From the IMG/VR virus record IMGVR_UViG_3300039191_000589, positions 1 through 64,000 of that record: a stretch of DNA of 64,000 bases. One strand, written 5' to 3'. This document shows positions 28,539-37,722 of the stretch, piece by piece. How positions within the stretch are numbered: the stretch's first letter is position 1; every line of letters begins with the position of its first letter. The notes beneath the pieces were generated by a model. That model saw only the letters and a program-made list of their open reading frames with translations, was not told where the DNA came from and did not search any database. A program made the position numbers and the translations under genes. This DNA is from a virus.

Positions 28539-28902
28539 AATAATGAATTTAGATAAAGAAGAAATTGATAAAATGGTTGATTTATTTAATAGTCCAGTAA
28601 AAAATATTTATAGAGAAAATAACTCAACTATTGTAGAATTTCAAAATGGAAAAACAATACCATTATATGGACAAAGTTTTGAAATAGAAACTAATGGTCC
28701 TAAATGTAATTTTTGTAAGGAGCCAAGTAATGGATTAATTTTTACTGTTGATGATGAAAATTATATTTGTTTACAATGTACATTAATTGCTTTAGAGGTA
28801 TTTGTACAAAATGGTGCTGATATACAAATAAATTTAACTGATAATTTCCCAGGATTAGCTAAACAAATTAAAAAACTATCAAATAATCTTGATGATATGT
28901 AA
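28525..28902 (+). CDS. Protein with ClpX-like C4 zinc finger (start probably 28543)
   Basis: CNFC...YICLQC. Confidence 0.6.
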   Translation: MKRSEIMNLDKEEIDKMVDLFNSPVKNIYRENNSTIVEFQNGKTIPLYGQSFEIETNGPKCNFCKEPSNGLIFTVDDENYICLQCTLIALEVFVQNGADIQINLTDNFPGLAKQIKKLSNNLDDM

Positions 28903-28968
28903 AAATGTTAAAAAAGGAAATTAAGTTTAATATTATAATTACAAAAGGATAAGGGAAGGTGGTTTTAA

Positions 28969-29484
28969 GTGTCTTTAGAGGTTAATTCGAGTTTTCAAAA
29001 AAGATTAGGTTTAGGAAATATGAAAGAAGAATATGTAAATGATATATTAAATTTATGTAATATTCCTAGTGAACTTAATAATGAAAAAAATGTTATGGAT
29101 ATAGATTTATTTTTAACTAAAGATAATTTATATTTAGATGTTAAATATCTTGAATCATATTGTAAAGATGCTAAATTTAAATGTAATATAAAAGAAGAAA
29201 ATTGTTTAATAATTAGTAATAGCCATTTAAAAAGATATGAACATAAAAGAGAAAAAACTGGGATTGATACATGGGTTTGTTTTATAGTTAATTATGAAAA
29301 ATATGATATATATGAATTAAGATTTATAAAAACACAAGATATTATTAATTTATGGAAAAATGAAAAAGCTGTAAAACGTCCTATTATGTCTAGAGGAAAA
29401 AGGAAAATGATTTATAACTTAAATCGAAAGGATTGTTTAAATATGAATGATTTTATGGAATATATTTTTAACAAAAGGGATTAA
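28969..29484 (+). CDS. Putative PD-(D/E)xK nuclease-fold protein
   Basis: E...DIDL...LYLDVK motif. Confidence 0.45.
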   Translation: MSLEVNSSFQKRLGLGNMKEEYVNDILNLCNIPSELNNEKNVMDIDLFLTKDNLYLDVKYLESYCKDAKFKCNIKEENCLIISNSHLKRYEHKREKTGIDTWVCFIVNYEKYDIYELRFIKTQDIINLWKNEKAVKRPIMSRGKRKMIYNLNRKDCLNMNDFMEYIFNKRD

Positions 29485-29566
29485 TAAAGATTATAATTTT
29501 TATCCTTAATAATATTCTATAATAAAGCAAAAATAAGTAAGGATAAAAAACCGAGGTGATATATTA

Positions 29567-29854
29567 ATGGATAAAGATAACTTTAAAGTATTAAAATTTC
29601 AACAAGATAATAATGAAAAAATTGAGTTAAATTCTAAAGAAAAAGAAATTAAAAATAAATTAGTTGAAATAGATGATAAATTTTCTTCCATTCAAAGGGT
29701 AATATCATCAATTAAAAATGATAATAGAGATACAATTTATAATATTGAAACTTTTGATATTTTAATTGAATCAATTGCAATGACAGCGGCTACTAATAAA
29801 ATATCGGAATATTTTGATATTAATACTGAAGAAATAGATAATTTATTAGAGTGA
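29567..29854 (+). CDS. Hypothetical protein
   Basis: RBS GAGGTGA. Confidence 0.7.
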   Translation: MDKDNFKVLKFQQDNNEKIELNSKEKEIKNKLVEIDDKFSSIQRVISSIKNDNRDTIYNIETFDILIESIAMTAATNKISEYFDINTEEIDNLLE

Positions 29855-29874
29855 TATAAAATATTAAGGAAAGG

Positions 29875-30564
29875 GTGAAAAAAGTGAGACCATTAACACA
29901 AGAAGTTGTTGATCTTTTAAATGATAATGATGTTAAAAATGATGAAATTTTAGATAAACTTTCTTTGATTTATGAAGATATAGAAAAAAACTTATGGGAG
30001 TCAATTGAAATTTCCCCAGCAATATTTTATAACTTAAAAGATGTAGTATGGTATAATTTAGAACATATTCCTAATGATGGAGTACAAAAAGGAGGAACAA
30101 CATTAGAATTTTTAGGTACTAAGTATCCTAATTTTATTTATTGTTGTAATGAATCAGATATAATTAAAAAAGATAATTTACCTTCTTTATTAGAAGAAAT
30201 TGAAGAGATAATAGCTAAATGGGATAAAAATTGGAGGTTTGCTTCATTATTTACTAGATCAACACAAAGTTGGAAAGGTGGCAGAAATGATGAGCCTTCC
30301 AAAGTAATTATTTATGATGCTAATAGTGAGTCACCTTCACAATATGGATATAATAAGCAATATAGCACAATTGTTGATAGTAAAGGCGATTCAATTAAAA
30401 AATATGGAATAAATACTGTCTTATGTTCTCTTGGTGAAACAATAGGGCAATATACTCAAGGAAAAATCTTATATAATGTTTTAATAAAAGTAAGAGAAAA
30501 ATGTAAAGATGCTATTAGGAATAAAAAAGGATTAAAATTTAATTTTATTCAGAATCAGGGGTAG
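29875..30564 (+). CDS. Hypothetical protein
   Basis: 229-aa open frame, GTG start. Confidence 0.7.
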   Translation: MKKVRPLTQEVVDLLNDNDVKNDEILDKLSLIYEDIEKNLWESIEISPAIFYNLKDVVWYNLEHIPNDGVQKGGTTLEFLGTKYPNFIYCCNESDIIKKDNLPSLLEEIEEIIAKWDKNWRFASLFTRSTQSWKGGRNDEPSKVIIYDANSESPSQYGYNKQYSTIVDSKGDSIKKYGINTVLCSLGETIGQYTQGKILYNVLIKVREKCKDAIRNKKGLKFNFIQNQG

Positions 30565-30574
30565 GTGATTAATA

Positions 30575-31030
30575 ATTAAAAGGCTTATAAGAGAATCAAA
30601 AAAAGTAACCACTTATCATGGTACTTCAACTGATAATAAAGATAGTATTTTACAAGATGGATTAAGTTCAACACCAGGTGGATTTGGAAAAGGGGCTTAT
30701 ACAACCACTGATTATGATGAAGCATGTAAATATGCTATTAAAGCAGCAGCAGAGCATATTGAAGATCAATTATATGATAATGTTAATGATTATCCTGAAC
30801 CAATTGTTTTTGAAATTGAAATTGATGATAAAAAAGCTGAATCAATTTATACATCATATTATATTTCTGAAGATGGAATTGATCCTAGTCAAATTGTAAA
30901 ATATGAAAATATATCTAATGACTCACGGTGGGAAAAATTAATAAAATTGTTTAATAAATTTTTAAAAAATGAATTAGATAATGAATGGGAATTTTGGGAA
31001 TATGCCTCAAAAATGTCTAATATTATTTAG
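30575..31030 (+). CDS. ADP-ribosyltransferase-like (H-G-T/PARP/Tpt1-type) protein with KRLIRES leader; ATT start; not in ORF track
   Basis: AGGTGA RBS 6 nt before ATT; 151 codons: (M)KRLIRESKKVTTYHGTSTDNKDSILQDGL...GFGKGAYTTTDYDEACKYA...PIVFEIEI...GIDPSQI; TAG followed by terminator. Confidence 0.75.
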   Translation: MKRLIRESKKVTTYHGTSTDNKDSILQDGLSSTPGGFGKGAYTTTDYDEACKYAIKAAAEHIEDQLYDNVNDYPEPIVFEIEIDDKKAESIYTSYYISEDGIDPSQIVKYENISNDSRWEKLIKLFNKFLKNELDNEWEFWEYASKMSNII

Positions 31031-31054
31031 CCAACTTTTATAGTTGGCTTTTTT
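31029..31054 (+). terminator. Rho-independent terminator
   Basis: AGCCAACT/AGTTGGCT stem followed by T tract. Confidence 0.75.
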
Positions 31055-31136
31055 ATTTTATTGAAAATATTGTTAAAAAATGTTTATTATTTGAATTATA
31101 TTTATATAGGAATTATATAGCATTGGAGGTTTTATA

Positions 31137-32393
31137 TTGGACAAAGATAATATAATTATGCAAGGATTTTATTGGAATGTTCCCAAAAGTGGAAAATGGT
31201 ATAATATTATGGCTAATAAAGCTAAAAAACTATCAAAAGTTGGGTTTGATTCCATTTGGTTTCCTCCACCATGTAAGGGAATGAGTGGTAAAAATTCAAT
31301 GGGGTATGATTTATTTGATCATTATGACTTAGGTAATTATAATCAAAAAGGTACAATACAAACTAGATTTGGAACAAAAGAACAATTAAAAAAAGCTATT
31401 AAAGAATATCATAAATATGGAATAAATGTATACGTTGATGTTGTAATGAATCATATGATGGGGGGAGAATTAGAAAATAACCCTTATAATAATGAAAAAA
31501 CTTATACAAAGTTTAAATATAAACATAGTAAATTTGAAAAAAATTATAAACATTTTCATCCTAATAAAAAACATAACTGTAATCATAAACCATTTTATGG
31601 GGGTGATTTTGAACCTAGTGTTTGTTTCGAAGCAGATAATCAATATATGTTTAATGGTTTAGTAAAATGGTGTAAATGGCTTTATAATGAAATTGGATTT
31701 GATGGATATAGGTTAGATTTTGTTAAGGGAATTCAAAATAAATATTTAAAAAAGTGGAAACAATGTAAACCAATGAATTCTAGTTTTACTGTTGGAGAAT
31801 ATTGGGATGGTGATGATTATAAAATAAATAAGTTTATTAATGAAACGAATATACGTGCTTTTGATTTTAATTTGTTTTATATTTTAAGGGATATGTGTAA
31901 TAACTTTAGTAATTTTGATATGAGGAAATTGGTTGGGGTTGGAGTAAATCCTAATAAATCAGTAACTTTTGTAGAAAATCATGATACTGATCGTGAATGT
32001 CCAATTGTTCAAAATAAAATAATGGCTTATGCTTATATTTTAATGCATGAAGGGTATCCTACAGTCTTTTGGAAAGATTATTATAATTATAATTTAAAAC
32101 ATAAAATTAATAAATTAATTTCACTACGTAAAAAATTTGCTAAAGGTAATACTGTAAATTTATTTTCTAGTACTGAGACTTATATTGCTCAACGAACTGG
32201 TGATCCAGGGGTGATATTTGCATTAAATAATGGTCTTTTACATAAAAATTTTAATATTACAACTAAATGGAAAGATGTTATATTATATGATTATATTAAT
32301 GATAAAGAAATCGGGAAAACTAATAAAGAGGGTCAAATTAATATTTTAATTCCACCCCAAGATTATATTATAGTAGCACCAAAAGAGGTTTAA
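31137..32393 (+). CDS. amyA: Cytoplasmic alpha-amylase, GH13
   Basis: MQGFYW, GFDSIWFPP, MGYD..D.YDLG, TRFGT, DVVMNH, DGYRLDFVKG, VGEYW, FVENHDT catalytic regions; no signal peptide. Confidence 0.9.
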   Translation: MDKDNIIMQGFYWNVPKSGKWYNIMANKAKKLSKVGFDSIWFPPPCKGMSGKNSMGYDLFDHYDLGNYNQKGTIQTRFGTKEQLKKAIKEYHKYGINVYVDVVMNHMMGGELENNPYNNEKTYTKFKYKHSKFEKNYKHFHPNKKHNCNHKPFYGGDFEPSVCFEADNQYMFNGLVKWCKWLYNEIGFDGYRLDFVKGIQNKYLKKWKQCKPMNSSFTVGEYWDGDDYKINKFINETNIRAFDFNLFYILRDMCNNFSNFDMRKLVGVGVNPNKSVTFVENHDTDRECPIVQNKIMAYAYILMHEGYPTVFWKDYYNYNLKHKINKLISLRKKFAKGNTVNLFSSTETYIAQRTGDPGVIFALNNGLLHKNFNITTKWKDVILYDYINDKEIGKTNKEGQINILIPPQDYIIVAPKEV

Positions 32394-32455
32394 ATAATAA
32401 ATATAATTATAAACATTTTATTATTTTTTATATATCTTATGGAAGGAGTATAAAA

Positions 32456-32599
32456 ATGAAAAAAAATGAAGTAAAAAGAATATTAGAAAAGAAAAATAAA
32501 TATGATAAAAAAAATAATATTCCTGAAAATAATGCTCCAACTACTAGTAATAAATATTTTGTTGAATTAGTTTCTTATATATTACAGGAGGTTGATTAA
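32456..32599 (+). CDS. Small hypothetical protein (47 aa, not in track)
   Basis: RBS AAGGAG, ATG 32456, stop just before the exonuclease ATG. Confidence 0.55.
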   Translation: MKKNEVKRILEKKNKYDKKNNIPENNAPTTSNKYFVELVSYILQEVD

Positions 32600-32600
32600 T

Positions 32601-33506
32601 ATGTCTAGTAAATTTTTAATTGTTGATGGTAATTCTTTATCTTGTAGAGCAGCTTTTGCCCATAATCCAAATTGGGGACCTGATTTGCATACCTCAAATG
32701 GGAGAAAAACAGGGGCAACATATAGATTTATTAATATGTTTGATAGTCTTTTAAGAAAAGTAAGACCTACTCATATTATTGTAGGGTGGGATGTTAGTAG
32801 TGAAACATTTCGTAAATCATTAGATGAAAATTATAAAGCTAATCGTAAACAATATGACAAAGATTTATATGAACAATTTAAAGATATTAAATCTATTTTA
32901 GAAGCAATTGGTATTCATAATGTTGGTATAAGGGGTTATGAAGCTGATGATGTTTTAGGTACTTATGCAGAAAAATCTAAAGCACATAAAACTTTTATTG
33001 CTAGTGGTGATAAAGATATTTTTCAACTAGTTGATGGTAGCACTACTGTTTTATATCCTAAAAGTGGGTTTAGTAAAATGAAATTAGTTACACCTGAATA
33101 TATTATAAACGAATATGATATAGATCCTAGAAAATTTATTGATTTAAAAATGTTAATGGGTGATAATTCAGATAATATTCCTGGAATTAAAGGTTGCGGA
33201 CCAAAAACTGCTAAAAAGTTATTAAATTATTATAAAAATGCTGAGGAAGTAGCTGATAATGCTGAAACCATTGACGAAATAAAAGGAGTTACTAAAACAG
33301 CTAAAAAAGGTGCCATAGAATGGAAAAAAGATTTTGAAAAAATTAAGAAATTAGTTACTATTAGAAAAGATGTTGATGTTCCATATGATTTTGAAGAATG
33401 TAGAGTTAATTATGATTGGGATAATGCTAAAAATATTTTTGAAAAATTAGAATTTAAAAAACACCTTAATAAATTAAAGAAAGGTGGATTTTATGGCCAA
33501 AGGTAA
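32601..33506 (+). CDS. 5'-3' exonuclease / flap endonuclease (PolI N-terminal or T4 RNase H type)
   Basis: LIVDGNSL, FRK...YKANR, EADD, SGDKD..QL, GDNSDNIPGIKGCGPKTA (H3TH). Confidence 0.92.
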   Translation: MSSKFLIVDGNSLSCRAAFAHNPNWGPDLHTSNGRKTGATYRFINMFDSLLRKVRPTHIIVGWDVSSETFRKSLDENYKANRKQYDKDLYEQFKDIKSILEAIGIHNVGIRGYEADDVLGTYAEKSKAHKTFIASGDKDIFQLVDGSTTVLYPKSGFSKMKLVTPEYIINEYDIDPRKFIDLKMLMGDNSDNIPGIKGCGPKTAKKLLNYYKNAEEVADNAETIDEIKGVTKTAKKGAIEWKKDFEKIKKLVTIRKDVDVPYDFEECRVNYDWDNAKNIFEKLEFKKHLNKLKKGGFYGQR

Positions 33507-34092
33507 ATTATTTAATGAATCAAAAATTGTTAATTCTCAATCAAAACAACAAAAAAGTAAAATTGATAAAAATAAAAAAAATGATAAACCTAAAAATGAT
33601 TTAAATAATAAATCTAAAGATAATAATGATAATAATAACAATGATAATAATGAGTCTAAAAATAAAGACTTAAAAGAAAAAGAATATAAAGATAAAATTG
33701 ATATTAATATTGATAAAAATAAAAAAAGACCTAAAAAAAATAATTCATATTTAAATACTGTTGAAGATTTTAAAAAAAATCAACAAAATAAATCAAATAA
33801 AATAAATAATAATGATAATAATCAAAATACTAATAAAGATGTTATTAATAAAGAAAAAAATAAAACTACAAATAAAAAAAATAATTCATTAAAACAAAAT
33901 AGAATAGAAAAGATGGTTAATAATGAAAAAAATAAAATAAATGATTTAGAAATAGAAATTCAATTACATTTAAAATTAATAAAAGATACAGGTGATAGAT
34001 CAAAGAAGGAATTATACCAAACTAAAATTGATAGATTCAGAGAAGATTTAGAATATCATAAAAAGAGATTGTATTTTTTAGAAAAAATGTAA
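33493..34092 (+). CDS. Low-complexity N/K-rich protein with C-terminal coiled coil
   Basis: ATG 33493 after AGGTGG. Confidence 0.65.
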   Translation: MAKGKLFNESKIVNSQSKQQKSKIDKNKKNDKPKNDLNNKSKDNNDNNNNDNNESKNKDLKEKEYKDKIDINIDKNKKRPKKNNSYLNTVEDFKKNQQNKSNKINNNDNNQNTNKDVINKEKNKTTNKKNNSLKQNRIEKMVNNEKNKINDLEIEIQLHLKLIKDTGDRSKKELYQTKIDRFREDLEYHKKRLYFLEKM

Positions 34093-34101
34093 TTATTTAA
34101 T

Positions 34102-34128
34102 ACTCAGAGCAATTGCTCTGAGTTTTTT
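34102..34128 (+). terminator. Rho-independent terminator
   Basis: ACTCAGAGC/GCTCTGAGT stem followed by T tract. Confidence 0.75.
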
Positions 34129-34190
34129 ATTATATAAAAGAATATTTTTTTTATTAGTATAATAGAAATATAATAAAGAGGTGTTAATAT

Positions 34191-34886
34191 ATGGCTGAAG
34201 GTAAGGTACATAAACATTTAAAACAAGTTGCGTTAAGATGGCTTAAATTTAAAGTAACTGATCTTGTAGGAGCCGAAGTAAAATTCCATAATGCTTATTC
34301 AGTGGCTGATGCGGCAGGAGTAAATTTAAAAAGAAAAGAAGTTAGAATAATTGAGGTTAAATCATCAAAAGCAGATTTAAAAAGAGATGATAAATTATTT
34401 AAAAAACCAACTTCCTATTACTATCATGCTCATTATTCATATATCATGTGTCCTGAAGGGGTATTGGATAAAAATGATATACCTAAATATTTTGGTTTAT
34501 TATATGTTGATGATTATGATAATGTTGAAGTTATTAAAAATCCAACAAAAAATAAAGGTAGATTAAAAACATATTTTAAAACAACTTTAAGAAGAACTGC
34601 AAGAGCTTTAACTAATGATAAAATATTTAGTAAAGAAAACATTGAATCATATGATAGAACAAATGGCCACTATAAACGAAAGGCTAAATTATGGTTAATT
34701 AGAACTCGTTGTCCTGATTGTAAGAAACATCCAAAAATATTAATTCATGAAGATAATACTAATATTGTAGAATGTCCTAAATGTGGTACTGAAATAGACT
34801 TAGATAAAGCTAAAGTTAATAAAGTGAGTGGTTATAATAAAAAATTTATTAAACAAGCTAATAATCTAATAGATGGTGATAATTAA
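34191..34886 (+). CDS. MmcB-like PD-(D/E)xK nuclease with C-terminal zinc ribbon
   Basis: E...VADA...IIEVKSSKADLKRD.K...Y...YIMCP...IP..FGLL; CPDC...CPKC. Confidence 0.7.
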   Translation: MAEGKVHKHLKQVALRWLKFKVTDLVGAEVKFHNAYSVADAAGVNLKRKEVRIIEVKSSKADLKRDDKLFKKPTSYYYHAHYSYIMCPEGVLDKNDIPKYFGLLYVDDYDNVEVIKNPTKNKGRLKTYFKTTLRRTARALTNDKIFSKENIESYDRTNGHYKRKAKLWLIRTRCPDCKKHPKILIHEDNTNIVECPKCGTEIDLDKAKVNKVSGYNKKFIKQANNLIDGDN

Positions 34887-35311
34887 TGAAAAGATTAATA
34901 AAAAAAGCATCAAATGTATGGGTTGGAGAACCTGAAGTAAGGTTAGATGAAGGTCCATCAGGATGGGAAGCAGGAGCTTATGATGTTACATGTATGAAAC
35001 AAGGGGAAATAAAAATAGATGCTCTTAAGGGTATTCCTGGGGCTAATGGAGAGAATCGACAATGGCATAAACGTGATGGAAAAGAATATTTTGGTAATTA
35101 TTCAAAAGAAGAATGGGAAGAATTTAAAAATGATTTAGAACAAAATGGAATGAAATATCCTATTTTTATTACAGTTGATAAAGATGGCACTATTTTAATG
35201 AGTGAAGGAAATCATAGAATGGAAGCGGCTAAACAATTAGAATGGGATTCAGTTCCTGTTGAAATTAAATATTTTGGAAATTCCCAACAAGATGTTCATA
35301 AATTTGATTAA
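34886..35311 (+). CDS. ParB/Srx-like domain protein with MKRLIKKA leader
   Basis: DLEQNGMKYPI...EGNHRMEAAKQL...VPV; paralog of 41156. Confidence 0.75.
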   Translation: MKRLIKKASNVWVGEPEVRLDEGPSGWEAGAYDVTCMKQGEIKIDALKGIPGANGENRQWHKRDGKEYFGNYSKEEWEEFKNDLEQNGMKYPIFITVDKDGTILMSEGNHRMEAAKQLEWDSVPVEIKYFGNSQQDVHKFD

Positions 35312-35325
35312 GGAGGAAATTAGTA

Positions 35326-35820
35326 ATGAATAAACTAAAACAATTACAAGATACTATTAAACATAAAAATAATGTTATTGAGATTGGTACTCAATTATCA
35401 CAAAAATTAATGCAGATAGGACATGAAAAATTGTCATTAAAATTATTAGAAAGAATTTATAATCATGACAATACTAAATTTTCAAATCGAGAATTTTATG
35501 GATTAGCAGACAATGTTCATGATAAAAGATCATTAAAAAATGTTAATGAAGATCAAATTGCTAAAGAAGAAAAGATGAAATTCATTAAATTTCATTGGTT
35601 TTCTAATAAACACCATCCAGAATATTATAGTGATGTTAATGATATGAAATTATTAGATATTTTAGAAATGTGTTGTGATTGGTATGCGCGAAGTAAAGAA
35701 TTTGATAATGATCCAATAGAATTTTTTAATAAAAAACAAGGTACTCGATGGAATTTTAATAAGGAAATGCAAGAAACAATAATAAAACATTTAAGAGCTT
35801 TAAAATCTTTAGATAAGTAA
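35326..35820 (+). CDS. DUF5662-like (HD-related) protein
   Basis: HK...HD.TKFS..E...H...NKHHPEYY...M...DILEM.CDW.ARS. Confidence 0.7.
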   Translation: MNKLKQLQDTIKHKNNVIEIGTQLSQKLMQIGHEKLSLKLLERIYNHDNTKFSNREFYGLADNVHDKRSLKNVNEDQIAKEEKMKFIKFHWFSNKHHPEYYSDVNDMKLLDILEMCCDWYARSKEFDNDPIEFFNKKQGTRWNFNKEMQETIIKHLRALKSLDK

Positions 35821-35865
35821 TTTTTTTAAAAGGGTGAAAACCCTTTTATTTTTTTTAAAAAATTA

Positions 35866-35894
35866 TTTACTTTTTTTGTTATGTATGATATAAT
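35866..35894 (+). promoter_or_regulatory. SigmaA-type promoter (early-type island within the later region)
   Basis: TTTACT-17-TATAAT with TG; preceded by hairpin at 35828-35847. Confidence 0.6.
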
Positions 35895-35926
35895 ATTAAT
35901 GTAACAAAATAAAAGGAGGTAGATAA

Positions 35927-36202
35927 GTGAATAAATATAATGTTACAGTTAATAATGATTATGATATTGGTTATTATATTGTTATAGAAGATAATAATAG
36001 TGTTAAAGCATGTTATGATAATGAAATAGCTAGTTTATTAAATATATCTATTGATAAATACAAAAAAGAGTTAAAAAAATTTAATTATATAAGTAATAAT
36101 GGAGAATCTTATTTTAAAAATAAAAAAGATGCTTTAAATGCATCAAAACGAATTCAGGATATATTAATAATGAGTATATTAACTGTATCTGAAAGGAGTT
36201 AA
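35927..36202 (+). CDS. Family P protein (isolated copy)
   Basis: DNEIASLLNISIDKY...YFKNKKDALNASKRIQDIL; RBS GGAGGTAGATAA-GTG as in early cassettes. Confidence 0.8.
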   Translation: MNKYNVTVNNDYDIGYYIVIEDNNSVKACYDNEIASLLNISIDKYKKELKKFNYISNNGESYFKNKKDALNASKRIQDILIMSILTVSERS

Positions 36203-36207
36203 TAATT

Positions 36208-36942
36208 ATGATAGCAGAAAAATTAAGAAAATTTCAACGTCAAGAACTAATAAAAAAAATAGAAGATGAAATAAAAGATCATATAGCTTACAATAATTCA
36301 AAAATTCCAAGACATAAACAGCGTATAGAATTTTTTGATGAAAAAGTTAATATATATAAAAATATATTATTAGAAAATAAATCTGTTGAAGATGTTTATA
36401 ATTTTGTTAAAGATTTTTCCCATAAAAAAAATTTTAAAAATATAATTTTAAAAAAAATTAAACAGGATTATTTTAAAAAAGCTACTAAGGAAGATTATAT
36501 AAAATGGTTAAATGGTTATTTAGAAGATCAAAATAATGATCCTACTAAATATTTTCATTATGATTTTAATGCGGATAACCATATAGATCCAACCTTTTAT
36601 ATAGCTACAAAAGATATACCTATTTTATGTTTTTATGGAGTAGGACAATTTAACCTTATAGTACCTAAAGGAATTAACGTTGAAACTAAATATGGAACTG
36701 GGCATTGTAATTTATATTTTATGGGAGATTATCAAAATGTTGGAGATGTTCCAATATATAAAGATATTATAGAAGATATAGAAGAAAAAGAAAAATCTGG
36801 ATTAGATAAAATATCCAATAATAAAAAAAGAAAAATATTTATGTTACATAATAACAAAGAAAATAAAAATATTGATAATTCTTGGTTACATTTTATATCA
36901 AAAATACCTTTTATAAAAAAATATATTAAAAAGAGAGAATAA
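36208..36942 (+). CDS. Hypothetical protein containing NKKRKIFML near the C-terminus
   Basis: Open frame, RBS AAGGAG. Confidence 0.7.
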   Translation: MIAEKLRKFQRQELIKKIEDEIKDHIAYNNSKIPRHKQRIEFFDEKVNIYKNILLENKSVEDVYNFVKDFSHKKNFKNIILKKIKQDYFKKATKEDYIKWLNGYLEDQNNDPTKYFHYDFNADNHIDPTFYIATKDIPILCFYGVGQFNLIVPKGINVETKYGTGHCNLYFMGDYQNVGDVPIYKDIIEDIEEKEKSGLDKISNNKKRKIFMLHNNKENKNIDNSWLHFISKIPFIKKYIKKRE

Positions 36943-36969
36943 TTTTATTAATAGGAAGGGGTAAATAAT

Positions 36970-37698
36970 ATGCGTGTAATAGTAGCAGGGACAAGATCTT
37001 TTAATGATTATAATTTATTAAAAAAAGTATTGAATAATAAATTAAAAAAATATAATGATCTTACAATCTTATGTGGCTGTGCTCAAGGGGCAGATACATT
37101 AGGTAAAAGATGGACTAAAGAAAATGGATATAAAGTTGAAGAATATCCAGCAAAATGGGATGATTTTGGTAAAAAAGCTGGTTATATAAGAAATGAAAAG
37201 ATGGCAAAAAATGCAGATGCTTTAATTGCTTTTTGGGATGAAAAATCAAAAGGTACAAAGCATATGATTAATTTTGCTACAGAATATAATTTAAATATTA
37301 AAGTAATTAAATATAAAAATAAATCAAAAATTTATCTTTCAAGTCTATCTAAATCTAAAAACTTACCAGATAATGTAATTAAATTATTTATTGCTAGGCA
37401 ACCTATTAAAAATATGGGTAAATATGATTTAAAACATGTTACTGAATTAGCCCCTTCAAAAGAATTATTATATGATTATAAAGGGGATAAAATTACTTGG
37501 AAAGAATATGTTGATTTATATCGTGAAGAAATGAGATCAATAAATGCTAGAAAAATGTTAAATAAAATTATTGATTATTTAGATATGTGTAATGATATTG
37601 CTTTAATTTGCTATTGTGGTAGTTCTTCTAATTGTCATCGTAATATAGTAGGAAATTATTTTAAAGAGATAGGTAAAGAAGTTATTAATTTTGAATGA
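36970..37698 (+). CDS. SLOG (YspA/DUF2493-like) domain fused to a DUF488-like domain
   Basis: MRVIVAGTRSFNDY...G.A.GAD.LG...PAKWD..GKKAG.IRN..MA..ADALIAFWD..SKGT.HM; then LAPSKEL...W..Y...Y..EM...LICYC....CHR. Confidence 0.8.
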   Translation: MRVIVAGTRSFNDYNLLKKVLNNKLKKYNDLTILCGCAQGADTLGKRWTKENGYKVEEYPAKWDDFGKKAGYIRNEKMAKNADALIAFWDEKSKGTKHMINFATEYNLNIKVIKYKNKSKIYLSSLSKSKNLPDNVIKLFIARQPIKNMGKYDLKHVTELAPSKELLYDYKGDKITWKEYVDLYREEMRSINARKMLNKIIDYLDMCNDIALICYCGSSSNCHRNIVGNYFKEIGKEVINFE

Positions 37699-37722
37699 TA
37701 TTTCTAAGAAAGGAGGGTAAAA

